Source: an uncultured delta proteobacterium (GTDB lineage: Bacteria > Desulfobacterota > Binatia > UBA9968). From it: a stretch of DNA of 64,000 bases. Made by a program: the position numbers and the translations under genes. Location of the stretch: assembly GCA_963737905.1 (NCBI GenBank), contig CAVTUQ010000037.1, forward strand, positions 1-64,000, read 5' to 3'. Below, one piece after another: positions 31,431-40,893 of this stretch. How positions within the stretch are numbered: the stretch's first letter is position 1; each line of letters opens with the position of its first letter. The notes under the pieces are model-generated. The model was not told where the DNA came from and ran no database searches. It worked only from the letters and a program-made list of their open reading frames with translations.

Positions 31431-32443
31431 CCCTGTTGCTCCACGATCTCTTCAGCTTTCGCTGCAGAAGTATTTTCCAAACGACAACGTAACAGCACTT
31501 CACCAACCTTAAGGCCTCCCGCTTGCAAGCGTACGATTGGCTCTGGTCCGACAGCCGATGGAAGAATGCCCATATGCCCCGGTTTCGGCGGTTCGGCCGG
31601 CCATACATGAACCCCTTCCGCGGTCAAAGCGGTCCGGTCTAAATCACCCCAAAACTGGAGGACGACAGCGCCCGGCCAGAATCTCGCAATCCTATCCGCA
31701 TCCCCCGGATCGATGATCGGCTTTGGGCGGGGTTGAAGAGCGACTACAATGGCATCGTAAACAGCATTGTTTGTGCTAGCGGGAAGACTACCAAAAAGAT
31801 CTACGCGGGCGCCTGCAGCGACGAGACAATCATTGATATATGCCGCGAACGGATTGTCACAAAGAAGCAGTACCCGGGAGAGTTGTACAGAGATGCCTGC
31901 ATCAAGCAGAAGTTTGATCGCCATGATACCGAGAAAGGAAAAAACATCCACTGCAGGACTGCGCTCGTTGGTGCCCGCGACCGCAATGCCATGCTGCCGG
32001 CAGGCAGCCAAGTCAAGATCCGCCGAGCGATATTCCCACGCCTCGTACATGAGCGGAATCACCGCGGTCGGTTTCATCCACTGCATCATCGCAGCATCAA
32101 TCGGGCGAAGATGGCCGCTATTCGTTATGACATCGGCTTGAGCGACGATCCCAGCGGTTTTTTCAGTAACTATCTCGATATGCGACTCTACGCCCGCAAC
32201 TCGGGCTAGCTCATAGGTTTGGCCAGCAATGTTTTCAACCGTGCCGTACTGGGTTGTGCGGGTCATTGCAAAAACCTGTCTCGCTCCTGCCATAGCAGCT
32301 AGGACGGGTGTCACCATGTAAGCGCCTGAAGCCGCCTCTGTAAGAACAACCGCATCGGAAAGATCAAGTTGGCAGCGCTCGATCGCTGCCTCCATGAGAT
32401 TAGCAAGACGTCGACGGTTTAGCCCTGGAAGAAAATCGCTCAT
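31406..32443 (-). CDS. Hypothetical protein of the glycan locus (dehydrogenase-like segments)
   Basis: Intact 345-aa ORF coupled to both neighbours; ADVITNSGHLRP and DLAACRQHGIAVAGTN resemble 2-hydroxyacid dehydrogenase segments. Confidence 0.65.
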   Translation of the reverse strand: MSDFLPGLNRRRLANLMEAAIERCQLDLSDAVVLTEAASGAYMVTPVLAAMAGARQVFAMTRTTQYGTVENIAGQTYELARVAGVESHIEIVTEKTAGIVAQADVITNSGHLRPIDAAMMQWMKPTAVIPLMYEAWEYRSADLDLAACRQHGIAVAGTNERSPAVDVFSFLGIMAIKLLLDAGISVQLSRVLLLCDNPFAAYINDCLVAAGARVDLFGSLPASTNNAVYDAIVVALQPRPKPIIDPGDADRIARFWPGAVVLQFWGDLDRTALTAEGVHVWPAEPPKPGHMGILPSAVGPEPIVRLQAGGLKVGEVLLRCRLENTSAAKAEEIVEQQGWGHRLKA

Positions 32444-33552
32444 CCGACACGAAGTCTAGCTTTAGGTTGAATCGTGGCGCGCGCGACTTGCTCCTGTTGT
32501 TCCAGCGTGAGCTCGGCAAACATCGGCAACGACATTACCTCCGCTGCTGACTGTTCCGAGCATGGAAAGTCGCCGGATTGATAACCTAAGTCCGCATGAG
32601 CTTCTTGTAGGTGTACGGGAATTGGATAGTGAATTCCGGTCTGGATCCCTTCAGCGTTCAATAATTCCTGTAGCAAGGTCCGTTGTGTAGTGCGGATAGC
32701 GTACACGTGGTAAACATGACGCGCATATGACATTTCGTGTGGGGTCTGAATACCGTTATCGGATAACAGATCATGATACCGGGACGCGTTTTTTCTGCGC
32801 GCTTCGGTCCACGCTTCCAGATGGCGCAGCTTGACGCGCAATATAGCGCCCTGCAAACCATCCATGCGATAATTGTACCCCATCAACGCATGCTCATACT
32901 TTCGCTTCTGGCCCCAGTCCCGCAACATCCGGATGGTATTGGCATAGTCGGGATTGTTCGTTGTGACAATGCCTCCCTCCCCGTATGCGCCAAGATTCTT
33001 ACCGGGATAAAAGCTGAAGCAGCCGAAATCGCCGATCGCTCCAACCCGACGGCCCTTGTAATCCGCGCCATGGGCCTGAGCTGCATCTTCGATCACCACA
33101 AGGCCACGGCGCCGGGCGATTTCTAAAATTGGACCCATGTCAGCAGCCTGGCCATAGAGATGCACCGGTAGGATGGCTTTCGTTTGTTTCGTGATCGCGC
33201 GCTCGATCTGACGCACATCCATGGTGTAGGATTCAGGGTGAATGTCGACGAAAACCGGCCGGGCACCGGTGTAACGAATGGCTGCCACAGTGGCTACGAA
33301 AGTGAAGGGAACGGTGATGACTTCATCACCGGGCCCAATATTGGCTGCCAATAACGCGAGGTGCAGCGCGCTCGTGCCGGAGTTGACAGCTATCCCGAAA
33401 CGCGCGTCGCAGTAGGCGGCGAACTCCTCTTCGAAGGCGCTGACTTCGTCACCCAACACGAACTGGCCGCTTTCCAACACAGAGGCAATGGCAGCATCAA
33501 TCTCGGGCTTAATGCTGCGATATTGGGCTTTCAGATCGACAAACGGAACCAT
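32440..33552 (-). CDS. DegT/DnrJ/EryC1/StrS aminotransferase
   Basis: EDAAQAHGA, FSFYPGKNLGAYGEGG, GYNYRMDGLQ. Confidence 0.93.
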   Translation of the reverse strand: MVPFVDLKAQYRSIKPEIDAAIASVLESGQFVLGDEVSAFEEEFAAYCDARFGIAVNSGTSALHLALLAANIGPGDEVITVPFTFVATVAAIRYTGARPVFVDIHPESYTMDVRQIERAITKQTKAILPVHLYGQAADMGPILEIARRRGLVVIEDAAQAHGADYKGRRVGAIGDFGCFSFYPGKNLGAYGEGGIVTTNNPDYANTIRMLRDWGQKRKYEHALMGYNYRMDGLQGAILRVKLRHLEAWTEARRKNASRYHDLLSDNGIQTPHEMSYARHVYHVYAIRTTQRTLLQELLNAEGIQTGIHYPIPVHLQEAHADLGYQSGDFPCSEQSAAEVMSLPMFAELTLEQQEQVARATIQPKARLRVG

Positions 33553-33588
33553 ATATTTTTACTCCTCCGGGGTATTCACCACAGAGAC

Positions 33589-33798
33589 CCAGCGCGGCAG
33601 AGCCGCAACCAAAATCGAAAGGAACATTGCACCACGAAGGACGCGAAGAGCACGAAGGAAAAAATTGAAATGTAATACTTTCCGAATTCTTCGTGTCCTT
33701 CGTGCGCTTCGTGGTGACGTGGTATTTACTGCTTGATTCAACAATTTGGAACTGGTGCAAAATTTGCGCAAGCTGCGAAAACTCTCAAGCATAGTAGT
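33589..33798 (+). mobile_element. 210-bp hairpin-ended element, copy 2
   Basis: Removing it restores TTCACCACAGAGAC-ACAGAGTTCGCAGAG, identical to the empty REP arm at 51824-51852 (minus strand). Confidence 0.85.
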
Positions 33799-33852
33799 AC
33801 AGAGTTCGCAGAGTAAAATTCCGCAATTCGAATTTCGAAATTCGAATTTTTT

Positions 33853-34875
33853 TTACTCGTTATCCCAACTCAGCTCCAGTGGCCGGCCACGCTGTGCCAA
33901 CGAATGACTTGCCGCCTCCAGTGTCCGCACCACCCGCAGCCCTGCATGACCATCGGTCAGCGGCTCTCGACCCTCGTTGATACATTCCAAGAAGTGCAGC
34001 GCTTCGACCCCGAGCGCCTCCGCCATATCTAATTGTGGCGCCCACATATCGCCGGTCCGGTAATCCACGAGCAATTGGTACACTCCTTCCGGACCATTAC
34101 TCAAAGTAATACCCTTATTGTATATTTTTACTTTTTCGCTGGGCTCGAGATCGTCATACACAATCATTTGTTTACTGCCGCCGATGAGCGTGCGGCGAAT
34201 CTTGACCGGAGCTAGCCAGTTAACATGAAAATGCGCGATTAAATTGCTGTCGAAAAAGCAAGTCAAGTAAGCCACATCCTTCGGTTGACCCGGCACATGG
34301 GCGATACCCGTAGCTGCGACAGCAGAGGGCCGAGCCCCCAGCACGTAATCCATGATCGAAAGATCATGAACCGCCAAATCCCAAAGCACGTTCACGTCAT
34401 GCTGAAATAACCCGAGATTCACTCGCACGGAATCATAATAGTAAAGCTCACCCAATTGAGAGCGACCCATGAGTTCTTTAATTTTTCGTACAGCCCCGGT
34501 GTAAACGAAAGTATGGTCGACCATCAGAATCCTTTTACAACGCTCGGCCTCTTCGATAAGTCGTTCACCTTGCTCGACGGTTGCTGCCAGCGGTTTTTCT
34601 AGAAGAACATGCTTTCCGCCGTGCAGAGCCTTCATGGCGAGGTCAAAGTGGGTGGATACCGGCGTTGCAATCGCAATCGCATCAATGGACGGGTCTTTAA
34701 GCAGGTCACGATGATCGGTCGTGGTCTTGATCTGCGGGTAGCGACTTTGCACCAAGGCAAGCCTTTCAGGACGAAGGTCGCTCACGGCCACTACCCGCGC
34801 TCCGGGAATCTCGGCAAAGTTGCGAACGAGATTCGGTCCCCAGTATCCGTAGCCAATGATTCCGATATTGATCAC
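33853..34875 (-). CDS. Gfo/Idh/MocA oxidoreductase (sugar 3-dehydrogenase-like)
   Basis: IGYGYWGPNL, LEKP, WDLAVHD. Confidence 0.92.
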   Translation of the reverse strand: MINIGIIGYGYWGPNLVRNFAEIPGARVVAVSDLRPERLALVQSRYPQIKTTTDHRDLLKDPSIDAIAIATPVSTHFDLAMKALHGGKHVLLEKPLAATVEQGERLIEEAERCKRILMVDHTFVYTGAVRKIKELMGRSQLGELYYYDSVRVNLGLFQHDVNVLWDLAVHDLSIMDYVLGARPSAVAATGIAHVPGQPKDVAYLTCFFDSNLIAHFHVNWLAPVKIRRTLIGGSKQMIVYDDLEPSEKVKIYNKGITLSNGPEGVYQLLVDYRTGDMWAPQLDMAEALGVEALHFLECINEGREPLTDGHAGLRVVRTLEAASHSLAQRGRPLELSWDNE

Positions 34876-35372
34876 AGCTTAGCCTCCCTTTGTCTTACGT
34901 CGCCTATTACTCTGGACGGCACGCCGGCGACGATACCGTAGTCCGGCACATCACGGGTCACGACAGCCCCCGCGCCAACCAGCGCCTTTTCGCCGATTGT
35001 AACGCCACACATGATCACCGCACCGCTTCCGACGGAAGCCCCCCGTTTAACCACTGTTGGTACAACTTTCCAGTCGACTCCCGTCTGTAAATGGCCATCT
35101 GAGGTCGCCCGCGGATAGCGGTCGTTGATGAACATAACGCCATGGCCAACGAAAACCTCATCTTCGATTGTCACTCCCTCGCAAATGAAGCAGTGCGTTG
35201 ATATCTTGCATCGAGCGCCGATTTTGGCATTCTTCTGAATTTCCACGAAGGCACCGATCCTCGTTTCGTCACCGATGCTGCAACCGTAGAGATTGACGAA
35301 GTCATAAATTGTGACATCACGGCCGAGTTTGACGTCTGGCGCAATCCGTTGAAATCGCAGCGTATCTTCCAT
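34872..35372 (-). CDS. Hexapeptide N-acetyltransferase (WbpD/WxcM-like)
   Basis: NLYGCSIGD, FICEGVTIEDEVFVGHGVMFIND. Confidence 0.9.
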   Translation of the reverse strand: MEDTLRFQRIAPDVKLGRDVTIYDFVNLYGCSIGDETRIGAFVEIQKNAKIGARCKISTHCFICEGVTIEDEVFVGHGVMFINDRYPRATSDGHLQTGVDWKVVPTVVKRGASVGSGAVIMCGVTIGEKALVGAGAVVTRDVPDYGIVAGVPSRVIGDVRQREAKL

Positions 35373-35392
35373 GGCTAACTAGATCTGGAACA

Positions 35393-35618
35393 GTTCAAAA
35401 CGTTCAAGGCGTTCAAAAGGTTCAAGCCGCTAAAGAACCTCGCTTCAAGATCGTAGAAAAGAACGATATGTGTTTCGAATTGGAGCTAGGCTGGCACGTT
35501 GTTACAAATTCTACTTACGGGCAGTCAATCTCTAATACGCAAGGGTCTACTTGGCTTTGGCAGTTGCGTTCGGCTCGGTTTCTCTCAACGTTTGGAACGA
35601 TTTGAACAGCTGGAACGG
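35393..35618. repeat. Inverted pair of 9-nt periodic GTTCAA/TTGAAC arrays
   Basis: GTTCAA at 35393, 35402, 35411, 35420; reverse units at 35592, 35601, 35610. Confidence 0.75.
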
Positions 35619-35645
35619 ATCCGCCTAGCGGGCAGTCCATGAAAT

Positions 35646-37454
35646 TTATTGGATCTTGTAGATCCGTAGGATCGGACCGGCAATATCAGCGGATGGAGTA
35701 AACTCTTTGAGCAAGAACTCACGCTCGTCCAGAGCCTGATAGAAATTACGATACTTCGCAGCCATTTGCGGATGCAGTTTTGCGGTTTCGCCGTTGAGGG
35801 AGTAATTGCCTGTTGCGTAACTGCTCGTTATTGCATATTGCACACCCATAGGAATGTATTCTCCCAAATCCAACACCTCAGGCTTTGCTGCTCCCGAATC
35901 ATGAAGAATTTGAATCACATCGTACCCGGGCTGATGGTCTAAGGTGCGTAACTGCTCACGAAAATATGCTGTTTCACCAGAATAACCTGTGCGACGCGTC
36001 CCCTCTCGCGAGGCCAAAGCCCTTCCATTAAGCGATTCACTCCTTGTGATGAACTGTTCCACCGTCCAGCGACTCAGACGCAAAGGCGGTCCGAATGCGC
36101 CGAGGTAATATTTTCCACTATCCATCAACACCTTAGAACCAGGCGGAATATTCCTTTCGATCCAATCTTTTGCCATCACACGCGTGTCCGGCATGGTCAT
36201 TCGATAGCCCGCTTGAAAGGAAGCCTTCGCAGGTACGGCGATGAGGAGGACCGTTGCAAAGCTGAGTGTCACTGACTGAAGGAGGCGCGAGCGAAGGAGC
36301 CCGCTTACTAGACCTACCAGCAATGACGCAGAGAGAATATACATCGGCGCGAACGCAATCAGCATATGATGAGGCTCTTTGACGGTAAACAACATAAGGA
36401 ACCCGCCTAAAAAAACAGGCATGCTGAACAGGATCAAATCAGAAGGCCGCCGCCGGAAAAGCGCATAAATTAAACTAATAAGAGCCAGACAACCCGCCGG
36501 GACACCCATGGTTTTGATCAAAGAAGCGAAAGGAAAAAAGACTCCTCGTACCCACATGCTTCCATGATAATAAGCGCCTCCAGTGCTGCTGAGATCCCCG
36601 ATGAAAGTTCTCCAATCCAGAACCGCGAATGGAGTGCCAAGAATGAATCCGAGGAAACAAACCACAATCGCGCTCACTAATTTTGCGCTCAACAAGCGTT
36701 CAGTTGACAGATTTTTTCTTGAGAAATCTCGCCAGTGCAAAGTATGCGCTGTCACGAGCGATATCAGAACTGCTCCGGCATGGTAGACGGTTGAAGCGGC
36801 CAATCCAGAAAAAAAACCGGCCAATAAATAATGCCGCCATCTATTACGGTTCTTGGCATCATAAACAGACCAGGCATTTAATAAGGCCGCCATAACGAGG
36901 AGACCGGCGGGCACGTGGGTTTTGGCATAATGTGAAAACTCCACATGCATGATGCTAAAAGTTAGGAAGACGGCTGCAATCAGTCCGACCCTATGATCGT
37001 AGGCGCGTCGCCCAAAGACATATACGAGCGCTACGGTGGCCACCCCACTGAAGGCCGCAATAAGCCGTCCGGGTAAATAAAAGAGTGTGGCATCATGGAA
37101 AAATAGCCGCACAAAATCGTCTGTTGAAGAAAAAACTCCGGCCAACCATCCGAACACATAGCTCGTACCGTACACAAAGGATAGCACATACATGTACAGC
37201 GATGGGTAAATAAAAAAATGCGGATTCAGATCACCGGTCCCGAACGCTACTGCGTGATTTACAATCAGCGCCTCGTCGGGATAAAAAACATAGGGTAGGC
37301 CCCAATTAATTCCTATCAGCCGAACCACGAGAGCCACTGCCAGGGTCATTGCGAGTATTCCCAAATCCAATCGGCGAATAATCGCGGTCGTTTCGCGCGA
37401 AGAAGCCGCAGATGTCTTAATGCGGTTTAGTTGCGTGGCAGACTGTGTATTCAT
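35646..37454 (-). CDS. GT-C (ArnT/GT39-like) membrane glycosyltransferase
   Basis: WGLP..YPDE, NPHFFIYPSL, ~12 TM segments, DTRVMAKDWI..NIPPGS. Confidence 0.85.
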   Translation of the reverse strand: MNTQSATQLNRIKTSAASSRETTAIIRRLDLGILAMTLAVALVVRLIGINWGLPYVFYPDEALIVNHAVAFGTGDLNPHFFIYPSLYMYVLSFVYGTSYVFGWLAGVFSSTDDFVRLFFHDATLFYLPGRLIAAFSGVATVALVYVFGRRAYDHRVGLIAAVFLTFSIMHVEFSHYAKTHVPAGLLVMAALLNAWSVYDAKNRNRWRHYLLAGFFSGLAASTVYHAGAVLISLVTAHTLHWRDFSRKNLSTERLLSAKLVSAIVVCFLGFILGTPFAVLDWRTFIGDLSSTGGAYYHGSMWVRGVFFPFASLIKTMGVPAGCLALISLIYALFRRRPSDLILFSMPVFLGGFLMLFTVKEPHHMLIAFAPMYILSASLLVGLVSGLLRSRLLQSVTLSFATVLLIAVPAKASFQAGYRMTMPDTRVMAKDWIERNIPPGSKVLMDSGKYYLGAFGPPLRLSRWTVEQFITRSESLNGRALASREGTRRTGYSGETAYFREQLRTLDHQPGYDVIQILHDSGAAKPEVLDLGEYIPMGVQYAITSSYATGNYSLNGETAKLHPQMAAKYRNFYQALDEREFLLKEFTPSADIAGPILRIYKIQ

Positions 37455-37752
37455 TGCTTTTTAGCAGGCTCTTTCAGCAGCTTGAAGAGTTCAAAGAGTT
37501 CAAGAAGACAGGCTCAACCTAGAGGTCTAGGAGGGGCCAGGAAAAGTGCATTATGCGAACAGATCGAAGAGTAGGCAGAAAGTTAAGCTAACTCAACAAT
37601 TACTAGTCGCCCGAAGATCGGTCCGCCATAGGGGATGAAAGACCGTATGATCCTTCAGACACTAGTGAAGGAGTCACAACTAGGCTGGATTTAAAATGGT
37701 CGTGCTGTCAGCTCGAGTAATGAGTCCCTCAACAACCACTGTTCTGAGTTCC

Positions 37753-37786
37753 TCGAAGTGCTCAGGACAGACTCTGAGCACTTCGA
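37753..37786. repeat. Perfect 13-bp inverted repeat (REP-like or terminator hairpin)
   Basis: TCGAAGTGCTCAG-N8-CTGAGCACTTCGA, just downstream of the 37831 stop. Confidence 0.7.
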
Positions 37787-37830
37787 AGGCTGAGCGGGAT
37801 GGGTCTTTAGTTTTCTATTTATGAGCCAGA

Positions 37831-39426
37831 TTATTTCTGCTGAGACACATTGAGATTTATTGGTGACGATGGCTTCGTAACAGAAGAAGTCGTTTGAGAA
37901 GAAGATGAGGAAGAAGCAACCGTCCCTCCAGCCGCATAGCCCGCAGGGAAGGAGCAACCATTTGTATTCACATTAAGCCTTTTGTGCACATCAAACGCGG
38001 AAGAGCCCGCGATGTCATTGAGCCCAGCCACCATAGCGCCGTGGGGAAACTCCCCAGTTACCGGATCCCAAAGCGGTTGATTTGTTAGCGTGCCATTCTG
38101 ATAACGATAAAGAACATTCGCGCCGATGTCCGATCCGCCTGCACCGGCGCCTTTCATTGGAGAGCCATCAGGAATCCACGCCCTGCACGTTCCGAGTAAT
38201 GGGTTCGTCGTACTTGAACGGGTATTGATGGTGCTGCCGCCCGAAATTAGATAATTCGAACTGTTGTTGAAGGTCACCGTGTAATCGTAAGTGCCGGGGC
38301 TTTGATTTATGGCTTGATATCCATACCCTGCGCCATTCACTACGAGTATATTGGTAGCGGTAAAAGACGGGACCACCGAAGGGCAGCTGGAATCCGTCGT
38401 CATGAGGAAAGAGCCATTAGCTGACACAGTATTACCGATGACCGTAACGTTGCTCACTGTGCTGTTTACTCCACTCTTCATCACAAACTGTCCTCTATCC
38501 GGAAGGGTGTTATAGATCACCATGTCCTTAACTGTGGTGTTATTTGGTTTGCGCGTTAGATCGTTAGTGCGGCATTCTTGGAAAAATCCCAAATCGTTGA
38601 GGCTGATATTACCGAACCATTTGTTATTGTCGGTCGTGCCGTAGTCCGATTCCATATCAAAACCGCTGGCGCTCTCGGAAATATTATTCTCAATGACGTT
38701 ATTGCTGCTCGGATACAGTACAATACAGTTTCCAGCAACTTGGCTTAGGGTGAGTGGCCTTAAGTTGCAGTAGTTTCTTCGAACGAAGTGACCACCTGTG
38801 CCCCCATTTCGTTGAGTCAGATAAATTCCATGCCGGTGGAAGTCAAATAGTTCGTTTTCTTCAATCGTGTTCCTTGAGCCGTCTGCAACCACCAGCATAT
38901 GCACATTGTTATTTTGGTTATTGTGCTGAATGAGATTACGCCTGATAACGGTATCGGTTACAAAATTAAAGACCATATTGCCTTGGTTGCCACCACCCCC
39001 GTCCTGGTTAGATATTCTAAGCCCTTCAACGCGCCACCAACTACAGTTGGTCATTATAAATACATCAGGGCCGGAACCTTGGAGATGCGCTTGTCGCTCA
39101 TTTTCAGCGCTGATGGTAATCGGGTTTCCTGAAGTGCCATTGCTCGCACCTGCTGCGCAGCTGATGTTGGGATATCCGCTGTTCGATCCATTATAAGTGC
39201 CGTTTCTAAGAATTAACGTATCTCCCGCGCGCAGCTTGGGGATCGCAAATCCAAAAGTCTTCCACGGAGAGGCTGAATTACCAGAGTAGGAATCGGATCC
39301 GGTCGGAGAGATAAAATATGTCGCGGCATCGACTTGTGATTTGATTATGCTAGTTGCAAAAACAACAGCGAGCGTGAAGAAAACATTTTTTAACGAACTC
39401 ATCGTATATCGGGTTTTGTGACTCAT
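37831..39426 (-). CDS. Secreted right-handed beta-helix (pectate lyase-like) protein
   Basis: Signal peptide, AATYFISPTGSD..G....PWKT, GDTLILRNGTY, Asn-rich repeats, Ser/Thr linker, PSSPINL tail. Confidence 0.85.
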   Translation of the reverse strand: MSHKTRYTMSSLKNVFFTLAVVFATSIIKSQVDAATYFISPTGSDSYSGNSASPWKTFGFAIPKLRAGDTLILRNGTYNGSNSGYPNISCAAGASNGTSGNPITISAENERQAHLQGSGPDVFIMTNCSWWRVEGLRISNQDGGGGNQGNMVFNFVTDTVIRRNLIQHNNQNNNVHMLVVADGSRNTIEENELFDFHRHGIYLTQRNGGTGGHFVRRNYCNLRPLTLSQVAGNCIVLYPSSNNVIENNISESASGFDMESDYGTTDNNKWFGNISLNDLGFFQECRTNDLTRKPNNTTVKDMVIYNTLPDRGQFVMKSGVNSTVSNVTVIGNTVSANGSFLMTTDSSCPSVVPSFTATNILVVNGAGYGYQAINQSPGTYDYTVTFNNSSNYLISGGSTINTRSSTTNPLLGTCRAWIPDGSPMKGAGAGGSDIGANVLYRYQNGTLTNQPLWDPVTGEFPHGAMVAGLNDIAGSSAFDVHKRLNVNTNGCSFPAGYAAGGTVASSSSSSQTTSSVTKPSSPINLNVSQQK

Positions 39427-39485
39427 GCAGACTCCTAAGCTACTATTTTGTGAGGTATTAGAGCAGCTAAGAGCCCATCAGCAAC

Positions 39486-39500
39486 GCAACTTTTATACCA
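39486..39500 (-). promoter_or_regulatory. sigma54 (-24/-12) promoter
   Basis: Minus strand TGGTAT-AAAAG-TTGC, 60 nt upstream of the beta-helix gene. Confidence 0.7.
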
Positions 39501-39625
39501 CCTTATTATTCTAAAAAAAATCTTCAGCTTTGTCAGATTCAAATCTGTTTTGACCTATGTTCGTCAAAAAAAGCAACAATTTTGTACAGAATAGGGCAAA
39601 AAGTGCGAAGGTATTGTGTTTTCTC

Positions 39626-40773
39626 TCAGCTCTGGACCCGTTCCAAATTTCGAGGCTCCAAGAATAAGAGGTCTCTATATAAACCCAGCAACTTTGTCTT
39701 CTCGTTGTTCCAATTGAACCGGGAACAGGCAGCTTGTTGACCCTGAAAACCCATGGCCTCGGCCTCTTTGGGATGTTCCAATAACCATATAATCGCGTGT
39801 GCAATGGCCTCCGGATCAAGCGGGTTAACTACTATTCCGCATCCTACTTCTTCGATGATTTTTCGCCATAGCGGAAAATCCGAGGCAATGAGCGGAATGC
39901 CGGCAGACATATAGTCAAATAACTTGTGCGGTTGTGCCTCCGTGTGGTTGGGAACCGGATGATACAAGACTAAACCGATTCGGGATCGCCCAAGCAAGGC
40001 TGCTACTTCCTCCCTCGACTGCCACCCGACGAACTCGACACTTTCCCAACCCAGCAACCGCTTACTTCATCCTCCAAGTGAGAGGGATGGAACTTACACG
40101 CCAAAACCAACTTAGCCGGCAAAATTTTAGGGACGAGCGCCATCGCTTGCACCATTTCCTTTGCCCCTTTGATGGGAGTGAGTTCTCCCGCATATGCAAG
40201 CAAAAAAGGACGTTCAGCATACAACTGCGATACGGGCGGTAACGGTTCAGAAATAACGGGGAAATTTTGTACCGTCACTGTCTTATTCGAGGGGAACTGT
40301 TTCGCTATACTTGGAGTGGCCGCAACAATACCATCGAAAAGGCTAGACCCGAGGCGCTCGATCAACCATGCTAACCATGCGATTAAGTTTCTTACTAAAC
40401 GCGGAATATGATCTTTATTCAATATATCTTCCGACAAGTTTTCGTGCGCGTCGTACACGACCCGCTTCCCGAGCAGTTTCAACAGCATACCTATAGGAAT
40501 CAGTTCTGAATCATGGAAGTGGTAGAAATCTGCGTTTTCACGAAGCGATGCCCTAAAAACTTGCCACGTAGTCTTGAATGTACGTTCAAGGCGGCTCTTT
40601 GGTTTAGGTACCGCCCAGATCCGCACGCCATTGACTACTTCACTTCGCTCGTGGGGCACAATTAATACCGTCTCATAGCCTGCTTCATTGAATGTCACGC
40701 ATTCCTTATAGAAGACACGGACATCGAATGGTTGATGAACGGACGTGAGGTGGGCAACTTTTGTAGTTTTCAA
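39626..40773 (-). pseudogene. GT4 glycosyltransferase, frameshift near 40057
   Basis: ORF 40003..40773 (HLTSVH..D.RVF.KEC) and ORF 39626..40057 ([13 protein letters not shown]) are two halves of one GT4. Confidence 0.8.
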
Positions 40774-40893
40774 ATCCTCTTCCTTTAAATTAAGTGAAAT
40801 TAATCAGGAAAGAGTTCATCGAGTGAAGGTTAATACCAGCATTAGCTGTATGCCGGCTCATACAAAATCGCGAAAGAATAGAGGAGAATATTC

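Noticed and set aside
35493-35507. TGGCACGTTGTTACA as a sigma54 promoter
   Set aside because: No GC at -12 and it points opposite to the surrounding genes.
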